A stretch of 64,000 nt of DNA from Octopus sinensis (GCF_006345805.1 NC_043007.1:29822001-29886000); one strand, 5' to 3'. Counted from the stretch's first letter, positions 1 to 29,744 are shown. Notes: generated by a model not told the origin, from the letters alone. A program made the numbers and translations.

Positions 1-655
1 AATTAAATGTAAAAATAGTATAACCCTGGGGACACGTTATGGGGATAAAACAGGGATCTAAATGGGGATTGGGATAACAAGATATTTGGGGGCAAAGTTT
101 GTAGGGGTCAGTCTGTATTGATAATTTTTTATGTTAACCAAGATATTTTGGTGGGTTTCCATGATGGGTATAAAAGTTTCACGGTGAAGAAGTGGGGTGG
201 GTCAGGTGGGTGGAATATGGACCACATGGATGTAGTGTGGATCACATGACTTAGTGTGGTGTGGTTCACATGGATGTACTGTGGGTCAATTAACTATTGA
301 AAGTGACTGTGGATTGCCTTCAATAAGTAATCAACTTCGTTTTGTTTTGCCCCAGGATTGAAGGAAAGTACCACGGAATCACTGTTTTTGTGTCTGTTGA
401 CTGGAATTTTCTCACAAATCTCTATGCACTCTGCTCGACATCTACATGAGAGATGGTCACAGGATCAATTCTGCAGTATTATGATGTTCTTATAATACAT
501 GCGTGCACACACACACACGTGTGCTAAATCAGACAATGGAGCTTGACAAAGTCCCTTGGCTTACCAGTTCCTATCAGACCATCCAGCTCACACTAGCATA
601 GATAAAGGACATTAAATAATGATGATGTATGTATGTGTGTATGTATGTATGTATG

Positions 656-687
<32 letters not shown>

Positions 688-784
688 CAAACAAATAGCC
701 TCTAAATGAATATGGGTTGCCAGTCATATGTCGAGATGCTCCATCCTAAATAATCACAAAGCATTTTTATTACAACTGTCACTA

Positions 785-795
785 AAGTAGTAGTT

Positions 796-845
<50 letters not shown>

Positions 846-905
846 ATGGTGGTGGTGGTGGTTGTGTTGTTGATAACTAATGTTGTGTTCATTGATGTTG
901 TTGTT
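785..905. repeat. Compound microsatellite (TAG)n(TGG)n(TTG)n
   Basis: Read directly. Confidence 0.9.
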
Positions 906-909
906 GCAG

Positions 910-993
910 ACATATCAGAAGTCATTTGCAAGAAATTACCAATATTGGCGAAAAGGAACTGAGCCCTGAAGAAATAGAATTCCATTTCTTCAA
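910..993 (+). CDS. MCFD2: MCFD2-like internal exon
   Basis: Acceptor ttgttgcag|A, donor AA|gtaaga; encodes HIRSHLQEITNIGEKELSPEEIEFHFF(K). Confidence 0.85.
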
Positions 994-1008
994 GTAAGAT
1001 TAAATACA

Positions 1009-1048
<40 letters not shown>

Positions 1049-3312
1049 CATTTCTTTACTCTGTGTCTGCCACCAAGCCTTGAAAATCTGCCTCAGGAAA
1101 CTCCTTCCAACCCATGCAAGCATGGATAAGTAAATATCAAAATTAGGTCGCTGATGCTGCTGCTGCTGCTGATGATGATGATGGTGATGATGGTGATATA
1201 CACAGCAGTTATACAGACCAGTGTGTGGACTAAGGTCTGTTCTATAGCATACCCTCCCCCCTCCACCCACCACCAATCACTCCTCTCACTCTTTCTCTCT
1301 TCCAGGTTACATGACTTAAACAACGACACGCTGCTCGATGGTCTTGAAATCCTGGCTGCTTTGTTCCATTCGCAGCCAACGGAAGACATCGTGCCAGGGT
1401 TAAGTGAACAAGAAATGAAACTCAAGTCCCGAGATCAAATCAAGAAGATCCGTAAAGAGAGGCAGGAGAAAGTGATACATTATTACACAGGTAATACCAC
1501 CACCACCACCACCACCACCACCACAACCATCACTACTACTGCTGCTGCCACTACTAATGCTACACTTTTGTCCCCCTCTTAATTGCTTCTCCACCCCCCT
1601 CCTATACATATAATCATATAAGAATCCAAAGTCAGAAAAAATATGCACTCGTACATTTGTCAATGAATTATGCAAATTAATCAAAGTTTGGGGTTTTATA
1701 TGTGAAGGGCACGTAGCTTAGTGGTTAGGGTGCTGAACTCACAATCCTGAGATGGTGGGTTTGATTCTAGGACTGGGTGATGCATTGTGATCTTGAGCAA
1801 GACACTTCATTTCATGTCACTGTGTTGGTGATAGAATCCTTGACACGTGCGCAGAAGTGCTTTACAGTACGCCTCCCAGTTCTCTACATTCTGAGTTCAA
1901 ATCCCACCTGCCTGGAGAAGGCAACAGGAAACCACTGCAATGGTTTCATCTCAAGACTAGCCATGGCAGTTGAAGCCCCAGTAATCTACCTGTAGGGGAG
2001 AGTACAGCTCCCCACCCCAGGTCGTATAGAGAGTGTTGAAGAAGGTTCTCATACACAGGACTTGCCCAAGACTGTAATAAAGATCCATTATTGCCGATCT
2101 TACCAATTGGTTCCAACAGATTGGTGAGATTAGGTGCAAAGGATCTATAATGCTGGATACTTTGGTCAATATATTACATATAAATATATTCTATTTTTAT
2201 TCAGTCAGTCCCTTGCTGTTCTGGGTTTCTCCTGTGAGTGCAGGGGGTCCTCGGGAAAGTGGTAACTCCCTGGGCACCCAAAGACACAACTCAGGGAAGG
2301 CACAGACTGACTGAACCAGAATGAATTATTATTAAACTCTGCTTTTTTGTTGAATAATCTTTTTCTGTCAGTCAGCACTTAACATGTCTATCTTTTATTT
2401 TTTACTTGTTTCAGTCATTAGGCTGTGGCCATGCTGGGGCGACACCTTGAATAATTTCTTTAGTCAAATGAACTGACCTCAGTGGTTTTTCTTTTCTAAG
2501 CCTGGTGCTTACTCTATCAGTCTCTTTTACTGAACTGCTAGGTTATCGGTGTTGTAAACACACTAATACTAGTAGTCAAGCAGTGATGAGAGGAAAAACA
2601 GATGCATACTCACACCCACACACACACGGTGGGCTTCATTCAGTTTCCATATACCAAATCCACTCACAAGGCTTTGGTCAGCTCAAGGCTATAGAAGACA
2701 CTTGTTCAAAACTCCATGCAGTGGGACTGAACCTGGAACCATGAGGTGGGGAAGCAAACTTCTTACCACACAGCCACTCCTCTCTCTTCTCCCCCTCCTT
2801 GATTCCTTTTTCTCTCTCTTCTCTGCTCATGTGACCGTTGGCCAACTGCTAGCCCTTTTGCGTCTGACCACGGTCACTGCCACATCAACCTTCTTCCCTC
2901 TGCTGTAAGGCTTAATTCCCAACACACCAGCTGAATTCAATTTGTCACCAGTCGAAAGACGCCTGTTGTTATGTCCTGTTATTACTATTATTATTGTATT
3001 TTTGTATTTATATTCATGTAACATCGTCTGTTTTTCCATCCTTGTTTTCTTATACATTCGATGCTTTTTTTCCAAGGAATCTAATGCTCTTAGCTTAGTT
3101 TTTCCTTGGGGTTGGCCAGATTGGAGCAATCTCAAGATTAATCAGCCGAAATTGCGAGGATGATCCTGTTCTTGACTGAAGATTAAAGGCTTCGAATGAC
3201 CCGTCCGTATTTTTTGTATCGTCTATCTGGATGTTTTGTTGTCCCTTTTTGTATCACCTAGTTGTCCGGATGTTTTGCGTTCTTGTCCCATTTTGTGTTT
3301 TATTTTATATAT

Positions 3313-3343
<31 letters not shown>

Positions 3344-3677
3344 CATATAAACTGATGATGATACTGACATAAATATCTGTATACACACGTTCATATGCTT
3401 AATTGCGTGGAAACTAAAATTTCTGTAATAGTTATTCAGAATTCCTCATCATTGATCTTAGCCAATCATTGGAAATGTGTGTGTGTGTGTGTGTGTAACA
3501 CTATTGATTGATTTCTCTCTTCCGACAGACATAATTGACGAAGTCTTTGAGAAAGATGACCTCAATGATGATGGTTACCTGGACTACATGGAATTTACCA
3601 GAACTCACAGACGAAACCAGAAGAGATTCAGTACCCCACAGGACAAAGAGATTCATGTCACCAAAACAAAACCATAA
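910..3677 (+). CDS. MCFD2: MCFD2-like EF-hand secretory-pathway protein, 5'-partial; join(910..993,1306..1490,3529..3677)
   Basis: The spliced translation HIRSHLQEITNIGEKELSPEEIEFHFFK-LHDLNNDTLLDGLEILAALFH...YTD-IIDEVFEKDDLNDDGYLDYMEFTR matches the MCFD2 pattern (HLE...E+SP+E...HYFK+HD.D.N..LDGLE; two canonical EF-hand loops). All introns are GT-AG with compatible phases. The signal-peptide exon was not identified. Confidence 0.85.
1306..1490 (+). CDS. MCFD2: MCFD2-like exon with EF-hand 1
   Basis: Acceptor ctcttccag|G, donor G|gtaata; EF loop DLNNDTLLDGLE; lies within ORF 1154..1582. Confidence 0.9.
2392..2780 (-). mobile_element. tRNA-derived SINE, family B
   Basis: Same head, core and tail as 26501-26900 and 11738-12131; (CA)n in the middle; A-rich tail. 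Confidence 0.8.
3529..3677 (+). CDS. MCFD2: MCFD2-like last exon with EF-hand 2
   Basis: Acceptor tccgacag|AC; EF loop DLNDDGYLDYME; stop TAA at 3675-3677; AT-rich 3'UTR-like sequence follows. Confidence 0.9.
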
Positions 3678-4690
3678 TAAAAGATGAAAAGGAAACGGTT
3701 TTTTGGAAAGAGAGAATAAGAAACCATTTATTTGTCATCAACGACTATTTTTTTGTGGTTTCTTCTGTAATTCTTTTTTCTTTTATTTGTCAACAAAACC
3801 GAAACTCTTTATTCTGCAGAAGATTTTTAATAGAACTTCTTTAATATTTCTGATGAAATATTTTTAATGATTTTTAATTACAAAGTATAAATGATGAGTA
3901 AACATTAAAAAAAAATCGTTTTGAAGAGAAAAAGAAGCAGGGTTATTGGTGGGATTTGAACCACGTAGCTATTATTTTACTGGGCAATCATTGAGTAAGT
4001 TGGTGTAAGTGAAGGGGATCAGAGCGACAAGTTTCAACTGGGAAGCTTCCTCAGTATTCAATTATCTCCCTTTAACTGGTGAAAGAGAGAGAAAAAGAGA
4101 AAATGAGAGACTTCCCCCACCTCCATCTTCGTTGCTGTAAACACTGATTTACAGGCTTTTTTGTAATTTGGCTTATGCTATTTTTGTGTAAATCGAGGCC
4201 ATCTTTTCTTTCAAATACATTAAAACCACAATAATGTTTTAGTTCCATGTTTTTTCCCATTTTGTTAGTCCTTTAGATCTAGTCTGGAACAAAAGCATTG
4301 CTAAATCCATTCATCCAGTTTCAATACCTCAGCCTCATCATCAGGATGAAGTAATTGTTACAACAAGCTGATCACACGCTTTACAGCAAAGGATCATGGG
4401 AATGCTGTTAAAACTGATAAAACCATTTCTACCAGTTTTAAAAATGGTTCAGCTGAATTAACATCTGTTGTCTCTGTATATTTTTATTTCGATATTAATT
4501 AACTTTCACTAATTAGTCTTCTCACTTTTTTTTCTCAAATTCTGTATAAAACATTTTAGTGCTGTCAACTGTTTTTATTTTTTTTTCTCATTTTATTTTG
4601 TGTAATTGTGAATGGCTCCGTTTTTGTAAAAGCACAGCCAATCCCCAAGGAAATCTGGTATTTGTGTGTTCAATGTTCATGTTTACACTA

Positions 4691-5390
4691 AAGTGCATGG
4701 CTACATGGTAAAATGTTAGCTTCCCAACAACATGGTTCTGGGTTCAGTCCCACTGCATGGCACTTTGGACAATTGTCTCCTACTATAACCTTGGGTTGAC
4801 CAAAGCTTCATCATCATCATCATTGTTTAACGTCTGTTTTCCATGTTGGCATGGGTTGGATGGTTTGACTGACGACTGGTGAGCTGGGAGGCTGCACCAG
4901 GCTCCAATCTGATTTGGCAAGGTTTCTACAGCTGGATGCCCTTCCTAGTGCTAACCACTCTGAGAGTGTAGTGGGTGCTTTTAACGTGCCACTGGCAATG
5001 ACAACACTTGAATGGTGCTTTTTATGTGCCACCAGCACAGGTGCCAGTCAGGTGGTACTGGCGTCAGCCACAATGATTTCACTTGTGAAAAGATTTGGTA
5101 GACAGAAATTGAAAGAAGCCCATCGTATCTCTCTCTCTCTCTATATATATATATATGTATATAGGGGTGGTCTTAGTGTCTGTGTTTGTCCCCTACAGTG
5201 CCTGACAATCTGTGTCAGTGAGTTTATAGCCATGTTAACTTAGCAGTTTGGCAAAAGAGCTCAATAAAATAAGTACCAAACTTGAAAAGGAAAAAACAAG
5301 GGGTTCATTCATTCAACTAAAAGTTCTTCACGACGGTGCCCCAGCATGGCCGCAGTCTAATGACTGAAACAAATGAAAGGATAATGACAT
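4691..5390 (+). mobile_element. SINE family B interrupted by an RTE 3'-end insertion (4808-5085)
   Basis: The SINE sequence stops at ...gaccaaagct and resumes at ...gatttggtagacagaaattgaaagaagccc after a (CAT)n-led RTE fragment. Confidence 0.75.
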
Positions 5391-5819
5391 TGGTTGACTG
5401 AAAGTATGTGGTTTGTTGTGTTGATGAAGAGGAGGAGGAGGAGGAGGTTGGTCATCTTGGGGTTTTATTGAGATGGATTCTCACTTTGGTGGTCATTCAG
5501 TCCATCGGATGTCAACTTACAAATCTTTGTGTTTAGTGGATGATGATGACAATGATGATGATGACAGTGATGATGATGACGATGGTAAGAGACGAAGGTT
5601 GAATTTGTGCTGCAAATGAATCAAAAGACAACAATGAAGTAATTTTTTTATTAAAAAAAGGAAGTTTTTTATTTGTGTCCAACAAATTGATAGAAAATAT
5701 AAATATTCAATGTATTCATCTACAACCAATGAGGCGAAGTCTATATATATCAAACAGCTGAATATATATATACACACACACACACACGTACTCAAACACA
5801 CACATATGTCCATACATGC

Positions 5820-5884
<65 letters not shown>

Positions 5885-6707
5885 TGGGGGAGAGAGAGAG
5901 TATATGAATTTGTGTGTATATGTATATATATAAGATATCTGTACAGATAAAAGGCTTGTCTCAAGACACACATCAGAGCACAACCTGATGTATATATATA
6001 TATGAAAGAGAAGACATCATCGAAGATGATGATGGTAATGTTGTTGTTGTTGCTGATGAGTCAAGTTCTATAAATATATACCAACATATACACACACAGG
6101 ATGTAGTAGATTCAGAAATAACCATGTATATATTTGTGTATGTATATATGCATGTGTGTGTGTGTTATATTTATTTAAATGAACAATGAATGGTTCTTTA
6201 TTGTAGACCAAATGCACATATATGCATCTCTACACACACACACTCATAGGGCATGTGTGTATATTTATAATGCAGGACAGAAAATATAGAAGAATAAAGA
6301 ACTGCATTTGATTGTGCAATGACTAGTAAAGCCGACCCCACCCCCACACCACCTACAACTGCTTCATCTACATCAAACATAGAGGCATACATGCACATCT
6401 ATATCTATATCTATCTATCTATCTATCCATATATCTATATATATATCCATATCTATATATCTATATCTATATATATCTATATATATATATATAGAGATGA
6501 CCAGTTTCTCTTCCACCGTCTGTCCAGAAACCTGCAAGCCGTGTGGAGGAGCGAAGTGACCCTTGAACAGTTATAATAAACAAGCAGACAAATGGCACCA
6601 AGGCTGAAAGGAGGCATTGCTCCAGAATGTGTGATCAGCTCTTCTGAACGCCTTTCAGGAATCAAAATTATACAATCCCTAATAGGGGACTTCACTTCTT
6701 CAAATTA

Positions 6708-6945
6708 ATCATCATCATCATTTAGCGTCCGCTTTCCATGCTAGCATGGGTTGGACGGTTCAACTGGGGTCTGTGAAGCCGGAAGGCTGCACCAGGCCCA
6801 GTCTGATCTGGCAGTGTTTCTACGGCTGGATGCCCTTCCAACCACTCCGTGAGTGTAGTGGGTGCTTTTTACGTGCCACAGACACAGGAGCCAGCGCAGG
6901 CTGGCAAACAGCTACAAACGGATGGTGCTTTTACGTGCCATCGGC
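6708..6945 (-). mobile_element. RTE LINE 5'-truncated 3' end
   Basis: (CAT)n + ccatgctagcatgggttggacgg...ctggatgcccttcc. Same family at 9831-10002, 12259-12432, 13517-13725, 18330-18530, 19398-19626, 21220-21440 and 24843-25020. Confidence 0.75.
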
Positions 6946-7161
6946 AGCATGTATGTAGGTACCATGATAAGATGGCTGTACAATAATGATGATGATATAT
7001 ATGAGTAGCTTTAATAGAATACCATAATACTCAGATCCCATATGCACACACACACCCTCAGATCACACAAATTCACATACTTAGCTCCCAGGGCACACAA
7101 ACACACACTCACATATACACACAACTACACGCCCTCAACCCGCCCACCCACCATCAGCATT

Positions 7162-24578
<17,417 letters not shown>

Positions 24579-25538
24579 CTGCAAGAAATAATTTTAATTA
24601 TATTAAATAAAACTTTATACACCCAGGACACTTTAGTATTTCAAGATATTTTTATGTAATTTTGGTAAATAAATCGTTTAAAATGAAATGTCAGAATTAT
24701 TTTTATTTTTGCATAATTTAGACGACAGTTTATACACGAATGAATGTTTGTATGTATGCATATATATATGTAAGCATGTGTGTGTGTGTGTATGTACGTA
24801 TGTATGAATGTAAGCTTGTGTGTATACATATATATTGATATATATCATCATCATTACCATAGAATGTCTGCTTTCTATGCTGGCATGGGTTGGACGATTT
24901 GACAGGAACTGGCAAGGCTCCACTGTCTGTTCTGGCACAGTTTCTATAGCTGGATGCTGTTCCTAATGCCAACCACTTTACAAAGTGTAGTGGGTGCTTT
25001 TCACGTGGCACCAGCATCAATTCTGCAGAAGGGAGGATGGGTCTTCTTGATAACAGTAAGGTAGCAGGTGAAATAAAGTGTCTAGCTTGAGGACACCACC
25101 AGGAATTGAACCCATGGCCTAACAATTGTGAGCTGACTACCCTGACCACTAAGCCATGTACTTTTACTTGTCAGAAAGCAGTAAAGTGAAGGTAGGGGAC
25201 AGAATTTGGATGACTAGAATCTTTCAAGTGACCATTGCTGAGCCCTGGGGAGGCCAAGGCAATGTAGAGGTGAGACGGTAGAGTGGTTAAGGTGTTGCAC
25301 TGCCATTGTCCATTCACACGAGACCGTGCCCCTCTCTTTTGCCCTCTCTTGGTGATATTGTCCAGCATCGACCAGTTATACAAATATGAAAACTAAAAGA
25401 AGCAGCCCATATGCTAGGACACAACAACCTCCTAAGCAGACTGAGTGCAGATATGAGCAGTATACGGGAACCGGTATTAAGGAAGGATAGGAGAATATTA
25501 GATTTATAAGCCCTAAAATTCACTCCATAATTACCCAT

Positions 25539-25722
25539 GGGCATATGGCGTAGTGGTTAAGAGCGTAGGCTACTAACCCCAAGATTCCGAGTTTGATTCC
25601 AGGTCAGTGACCTGAATAATAATAATGATGATAATAATAATATCGAAAAATACATTAGGAATGAGAACCCAAGACATCTGTAAATAATGTACATAATTCC
25701 TCATCTCTTAAATACGGAACTG
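25539..25722 (+). mobile_element. tRNA-headed element with a Penelope-type tail (internally deleted)
   Basis: A-box TGGCGTAGTGG and B-box GAGTTTGATTCC, then (AAT)n, then a tail matching the reverse complement of 48282-48464. Confidence 0.7.
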
Positions 25723-26500
25723 TGATTACCTTGTGGTTTCTGAAAACAGACAAAGCCGACACTCTCTTAGATTTCATCATTTGGAAAGGCTGAAGATTCT
25801 TCCTGGAACAGAGACAAGAATATATATGGTCAGATGTTGTTTGCGGTCCAATTATGACAGCTGGACCCTACAAAAGAGATACAGAATACAACTTAAAACC
25901 CTTCAAAGAAGTTTATGAAACACAGGACCCTATGACCAACAAGGAAATTCTATTGTGTGAGAAAAACGGACTGGAATTGAAAATATGGTAAACAAAGTAG
26001 AGCTGAGATGAGTTGGGTAGAGTGTACACAGGCCCCACAGCTACCTTTGGGTAGTTGTTGAACATGTATAAACAAATATCCAGAAATACTAGGGTCCACA
26101 TACTTTTCAGGCTGAGTTACTCCATTCCTGGAACCCTCTTTGTCTTCAGGTACGCTGAAGGTGTAGGTGTGCATAGGTGAGAGAACAGCTGTAAAACTAC
26201 TGAAGCATGTGTGTGTATGATGTGACTGATACCATTTGTATAGGTCTGTGTGTTTGATTCCAGGTGGGAATTGGGCGCTAGTGGTCTTAATGAAGGACTG
26301 ATAAATAGGTAATTAGTCATCACCTTTAATTAGCAAGAAGACTTTAGATTAGCTTCCTTGTCTGTCCAAGTTGGAATGTTGAATCACAGATATATTTTGA
26401 TTTAAAAAACCCCTAACCTTTGCTTCTAAACCAATTACTTTGTATGCCAGGAATCGATCAAACGCCAGATCAGTCTCCTAGAATTTAATGAAATTTCTTT

Positions 26501-26900
26501 AGGCACAGGAGTGGCTGTGTGGTAAGTAGTTTGCTTACCAACCACATGGTTCCAGGTTCATTCCCACTGCGTGGCACCTCGAGCAAATGTCTTCTAGTAT
26601 AGCCACGGGCTGACCAAAGCCTTGTGAGTGGATTTAGTAGACGGAAACTGAAAGAAGCCCGTCGTATGTATCTATGTATGTGTGTGTGTATATGTGTGTC
26701 TGTGTTTGTCTCCTCAACATCGCTTGACAACCGATGATGGTGTGTTTACGTCCCCGTAACCAAGCGGTTCGGCAAAAGAGACCGATAGAATAAGTACTAG
26801 GCTTCCAAAGAATAAGTCCTGGGTTCGATTTGCGCGACTAAAGGCGGTGCTCCAGCACGGCCACAGTCAAATGACTGAAACAAGAGATAAAAGAAAGAGA
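26501..26900 (+). mobile_element. tRNA-derived SINE, family B, full length
   Basis: Head ggctgtgtggtaag...ggttcattccc, core ggcacctcgagcaaatgtcttct, tail gactgaaacaagagataaaag; several further copies in the window. Confidence 0.85.
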
Positions 26901-28301
26901 ATGTCCTGAGTTTAAATTTCGAACATCCGAGAGAGAGAGAGAAAAACAAAAAGGTATTCTTAGGCTATAATGTACGGTTTTCACTTGGGAGATTTGGGTT
27001 TACGAGAAAGCGAAGAACAACAGAAAGGAAAATACGAAATGAAAGAAGAAATGAAAGGAAGTGAATGAGGAAAAGGAGTTGGATCAAAGTTTGGTTAGCA
27101 AAATAACGATGCCAGGATGGCATCAGGAAGCGCTAGAAATAGTGAGATCACACCTGAAATATGTAAATCATATTTTATCCTTGTAAGAAGTAAAGAACAA
27201 CTTGTGGAAAATATAGAATGGATGAAGCACAAAGACTATTCTGACAATGAAAGGCCTTTCGTACAGGGATCGATTTTGTGAGGTGGTTTAATCCATTGTT
27301 GACTACGGAAGATAATGTGGAAACGTGTTGGAATCTATTTCTGACTCATTTTCGTGAATAGATACCAAAAGTGGAATTTACACCTGAAAATGTTAAGACA
27401 TGTGTGAACCGGGAAGAAATGACAACAAAGAGTTAATTTAAAGAACATGTGAAACTGAAAATAAGGAAATGCAGGTTCTGGGAGAAAATGGCAAATTCTT
27501 GGAAGAGTCTGTAGGAGTGGAGTAAAGTTTAACGAAGGAATTGGACCAGTATTCAACCATTTAGGAGTGAAAATACATAACTGCCGTGACCAACAACAAA
27601 GGGTCAAAAAGGAATGGTTGCTAATAGAAACCGAAGACTGGACAACTACCAGATGTTGTGTGTGTTATTCTGTAAATTTAACTTTTACAATATTCGTAAA
27701 AAAAATTGCTATGTTTTCTGAATTTGCCATAAAATAAAACGGAGTTTACTTAACCGGAAACAAGACATTTAAGAACTGATGTTATTTGAAATTGTTATAT
27801 CTGCAAAAATATTGGTTTAATGCATTTATTTGTTTAAAATATTTAGTGTTTTAGCGTTATTACTGATGAATTCATTTATGAAAACGTAAACACACGTTAT
27901 AATGAGGGGTCGCTAAAAGTAAACACCATCCAAGTATTGCCCGAATGATTTCACCATTTCGCCCCACCTCGACCCAAAAGAAAGATTTCTGGCTTTACAT
28001 TTGTGTTAGAAATTGTGGTTATTGTTAACAGCAAATAGAAGAAATGTTGGGAATTTATAAAATATCCAAAAAGTTTCCGATTCGCAGAAGAAAACGAAAC
28101 AAAATCTGGCTTCAATGAAAGGGAAACAGCGAGGTAGTTTAAATGGTTAATATAGGAGATTAGGTGGCGAAATAAAGATTATAGAAGGAATAATATTATA
28201 TTATAATGTAGTAAAAGGTCAGCGGGATAATTCTGAACGTTAATTACAGTTAATTAAGATTAAATAATGGTTAAAAAAAATAAAATAAGGAAGAAACTTA
28301 C

Positions 28302-28400
28302 AAATCCGACAAAAGATCCACGTGAAGAAATCGACGCGAAATAACGGTTTATTACCTCCCTTGGCTCGAAATAACGCGCGGAAATTTAATTAACGAAAGA
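28302..28400 (-). promoter_or_regulatory. Candidate RIOX1 promoter and non-coding first exon
   Basis: Local CpG cluster with CGAAATAACG twice in AT-rich surroundings. A consensus donor TTT|GTAAGT lies on - at 28302/28301. There is no ATG in the putative exon. Confidence 0.35.
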
Positions 28401-28466
28401 AATTCAAAATTAAGACTTTTTCCCCCAATTTTATTGTTTAAATACAACAATTGTTTTCAATTCCAG

Positions 28467-29167
28467 CACAAAAGATTTCGGTCAAACTCCAGTGTTTGAC
28501 CCGAGCAAAAAAAAAAAAAAAAAAAATAGTGCGATAGGTGTAAAGCAACATGTAGTAACCGAATATGAAAAAAAAAAATGCGCGCAGGTAAATGGAGGCG
28601 GGGGGAGAGGAGCCGGAAAATTCCCATGGGGAATGTTCCGGGTCCTTTCACCACTTCCCCGTTCGTCGGCGAACGTTTTTTTTTTTTTTTCATATTCGTT
28701 TACTACGCATTATTTTACACCTAGTACACTATTTTTTGTTCAATTTTTGAGACGGAAGTTGGGTGGGGTGCGGACTCGGATAATTCACCCGATCCAGTGA
28801 CCCCCACTTCGACACCCGGTCACAAAAATGATAAAACAAAAAATTGTGCAATAGATGTAAAACAACATGTAGTAAATGAATAGGAAAAAGAAAATGCACA
28901 CAGGTAAAGGGAGGCGGGGTGGAGGACTCTGAAAATTCACTTGGGGCCACGGTGCCGTGCAGTGGGACTAAACCCGGAACCGTGTGGTTGGGAAGAATAT
29001 CCATTTTCTTTAGGGAAAAAAATCGGATCATGTGAATTGTCCTGGTCCTCCCCTCCCCCTCGCCAGCGCGCATTTTTTTTATTCGTTTATTACATTTTGT
29101 TTTACATCTATTGCACTATTTTTTATTTTGCTTGGGTCAAACACTAAGATTTGACCAAGATTTCTTG
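28467..29167. repeat. Four-armed foldback (alternating-orientation units) with terminal hairpins
   Basis: A unit of about 130-150 bp occurs at ~28500-28625 (+), ~28630-28745 (-), ~28820-28945 (+) and ~29030-29135 (-). GGTCAAA..TTTGACC hairpins sit at both ends. Confidence 0.85.
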
Positions 29168-29360
29168 TTTTATTTAATGGACTGCGGCCATACTTGGACA
29201 CTGCCTTCCAGTGTTTCACCAATCCGATTGTCTCCGGCGCTTTTCATTTGAAATCTGGTACTTATCCTATCATTGTCTTTTGTCCCACCCCCCTCAGAGC
29301 GGTGTGGGTTTGGTAACGTCCACTTAACATAGCGGCTATATAGCGAATGGTTTGTTTATA

Positions 29361-29396
<36 letters not shown>

Positions 29397-29399
<3 letters not shown>

Positions 29400-29703
29400 G
29401 AGCATCCGGCTCACGATCATGAGGTAGTGAGTTCGATTCCCAGACCGGGCGGTGTGTTGTGTTCTTGAGCAAGTCACGTTATTTCACGTTACTCCTGTTC
29501 ACTCAGCTGTATGAATGAGTTGTGACGTCATAGGTGCCAAGTTGCATCGGCCCCTTTGCCTTTCCCTTGCATAACATCAGTGGTGTGGAGAGGGGAGGCT
29601 GACATGCTTGGGTGATTGCAGGTCTTCCACAAACAACTTTGTCCCCGGACAAGGAAGGTAACTTTCTAGGCACAATCCCATGGTCATTCATGGCCGAAGG
29701 GGT
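29397..29703 (+). mobile_element. tRNA-derived SINE, family D
   Basis: B-box GAGTTCGATTCC and core gtgttcttgagcaagtcac. Related copies at 41591-41920 (-), about 17695-17960 (+), 1708-1812 (+) and a related head at about 46770. Confidence 0.8.
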
Positions 29704-29707
29704 TCTT

Positions 29708-29744
<37 letters not shown>

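Noticed and set aside
356-480. Possible upstream MCFD2-like exon (acceptor cccag at 351-355, hydrophobic LFLCLLTGIF frame)
   Set aside because: No phase-2 donor fitting exon 910 and no recognisable MCFD2 motif were found. The true 5' exon is probably outside the window.
782-1582. Long ORFs with poly-Thr, poly-His or poly-Leu
   Set aside because: These are microsatellite read-through. Only 910-993 and 1306-1490 are supported as exons.
6477-6695. ORF near the RIOX1 3' end considered as a terminal exon
   Set aside because: The true last exon (7162-7260) matches NO66 and has a stop codon, so this ORF lies in 3'UTR or intergenic DNA.
25730-26154. Candidate extra RIOX1 exons 26104-26154 and 25730-25739
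   Set aside because: Phase-compatible but with no homology support and a weak polypyrimidine tract for the upstream exon. Not listed as features.
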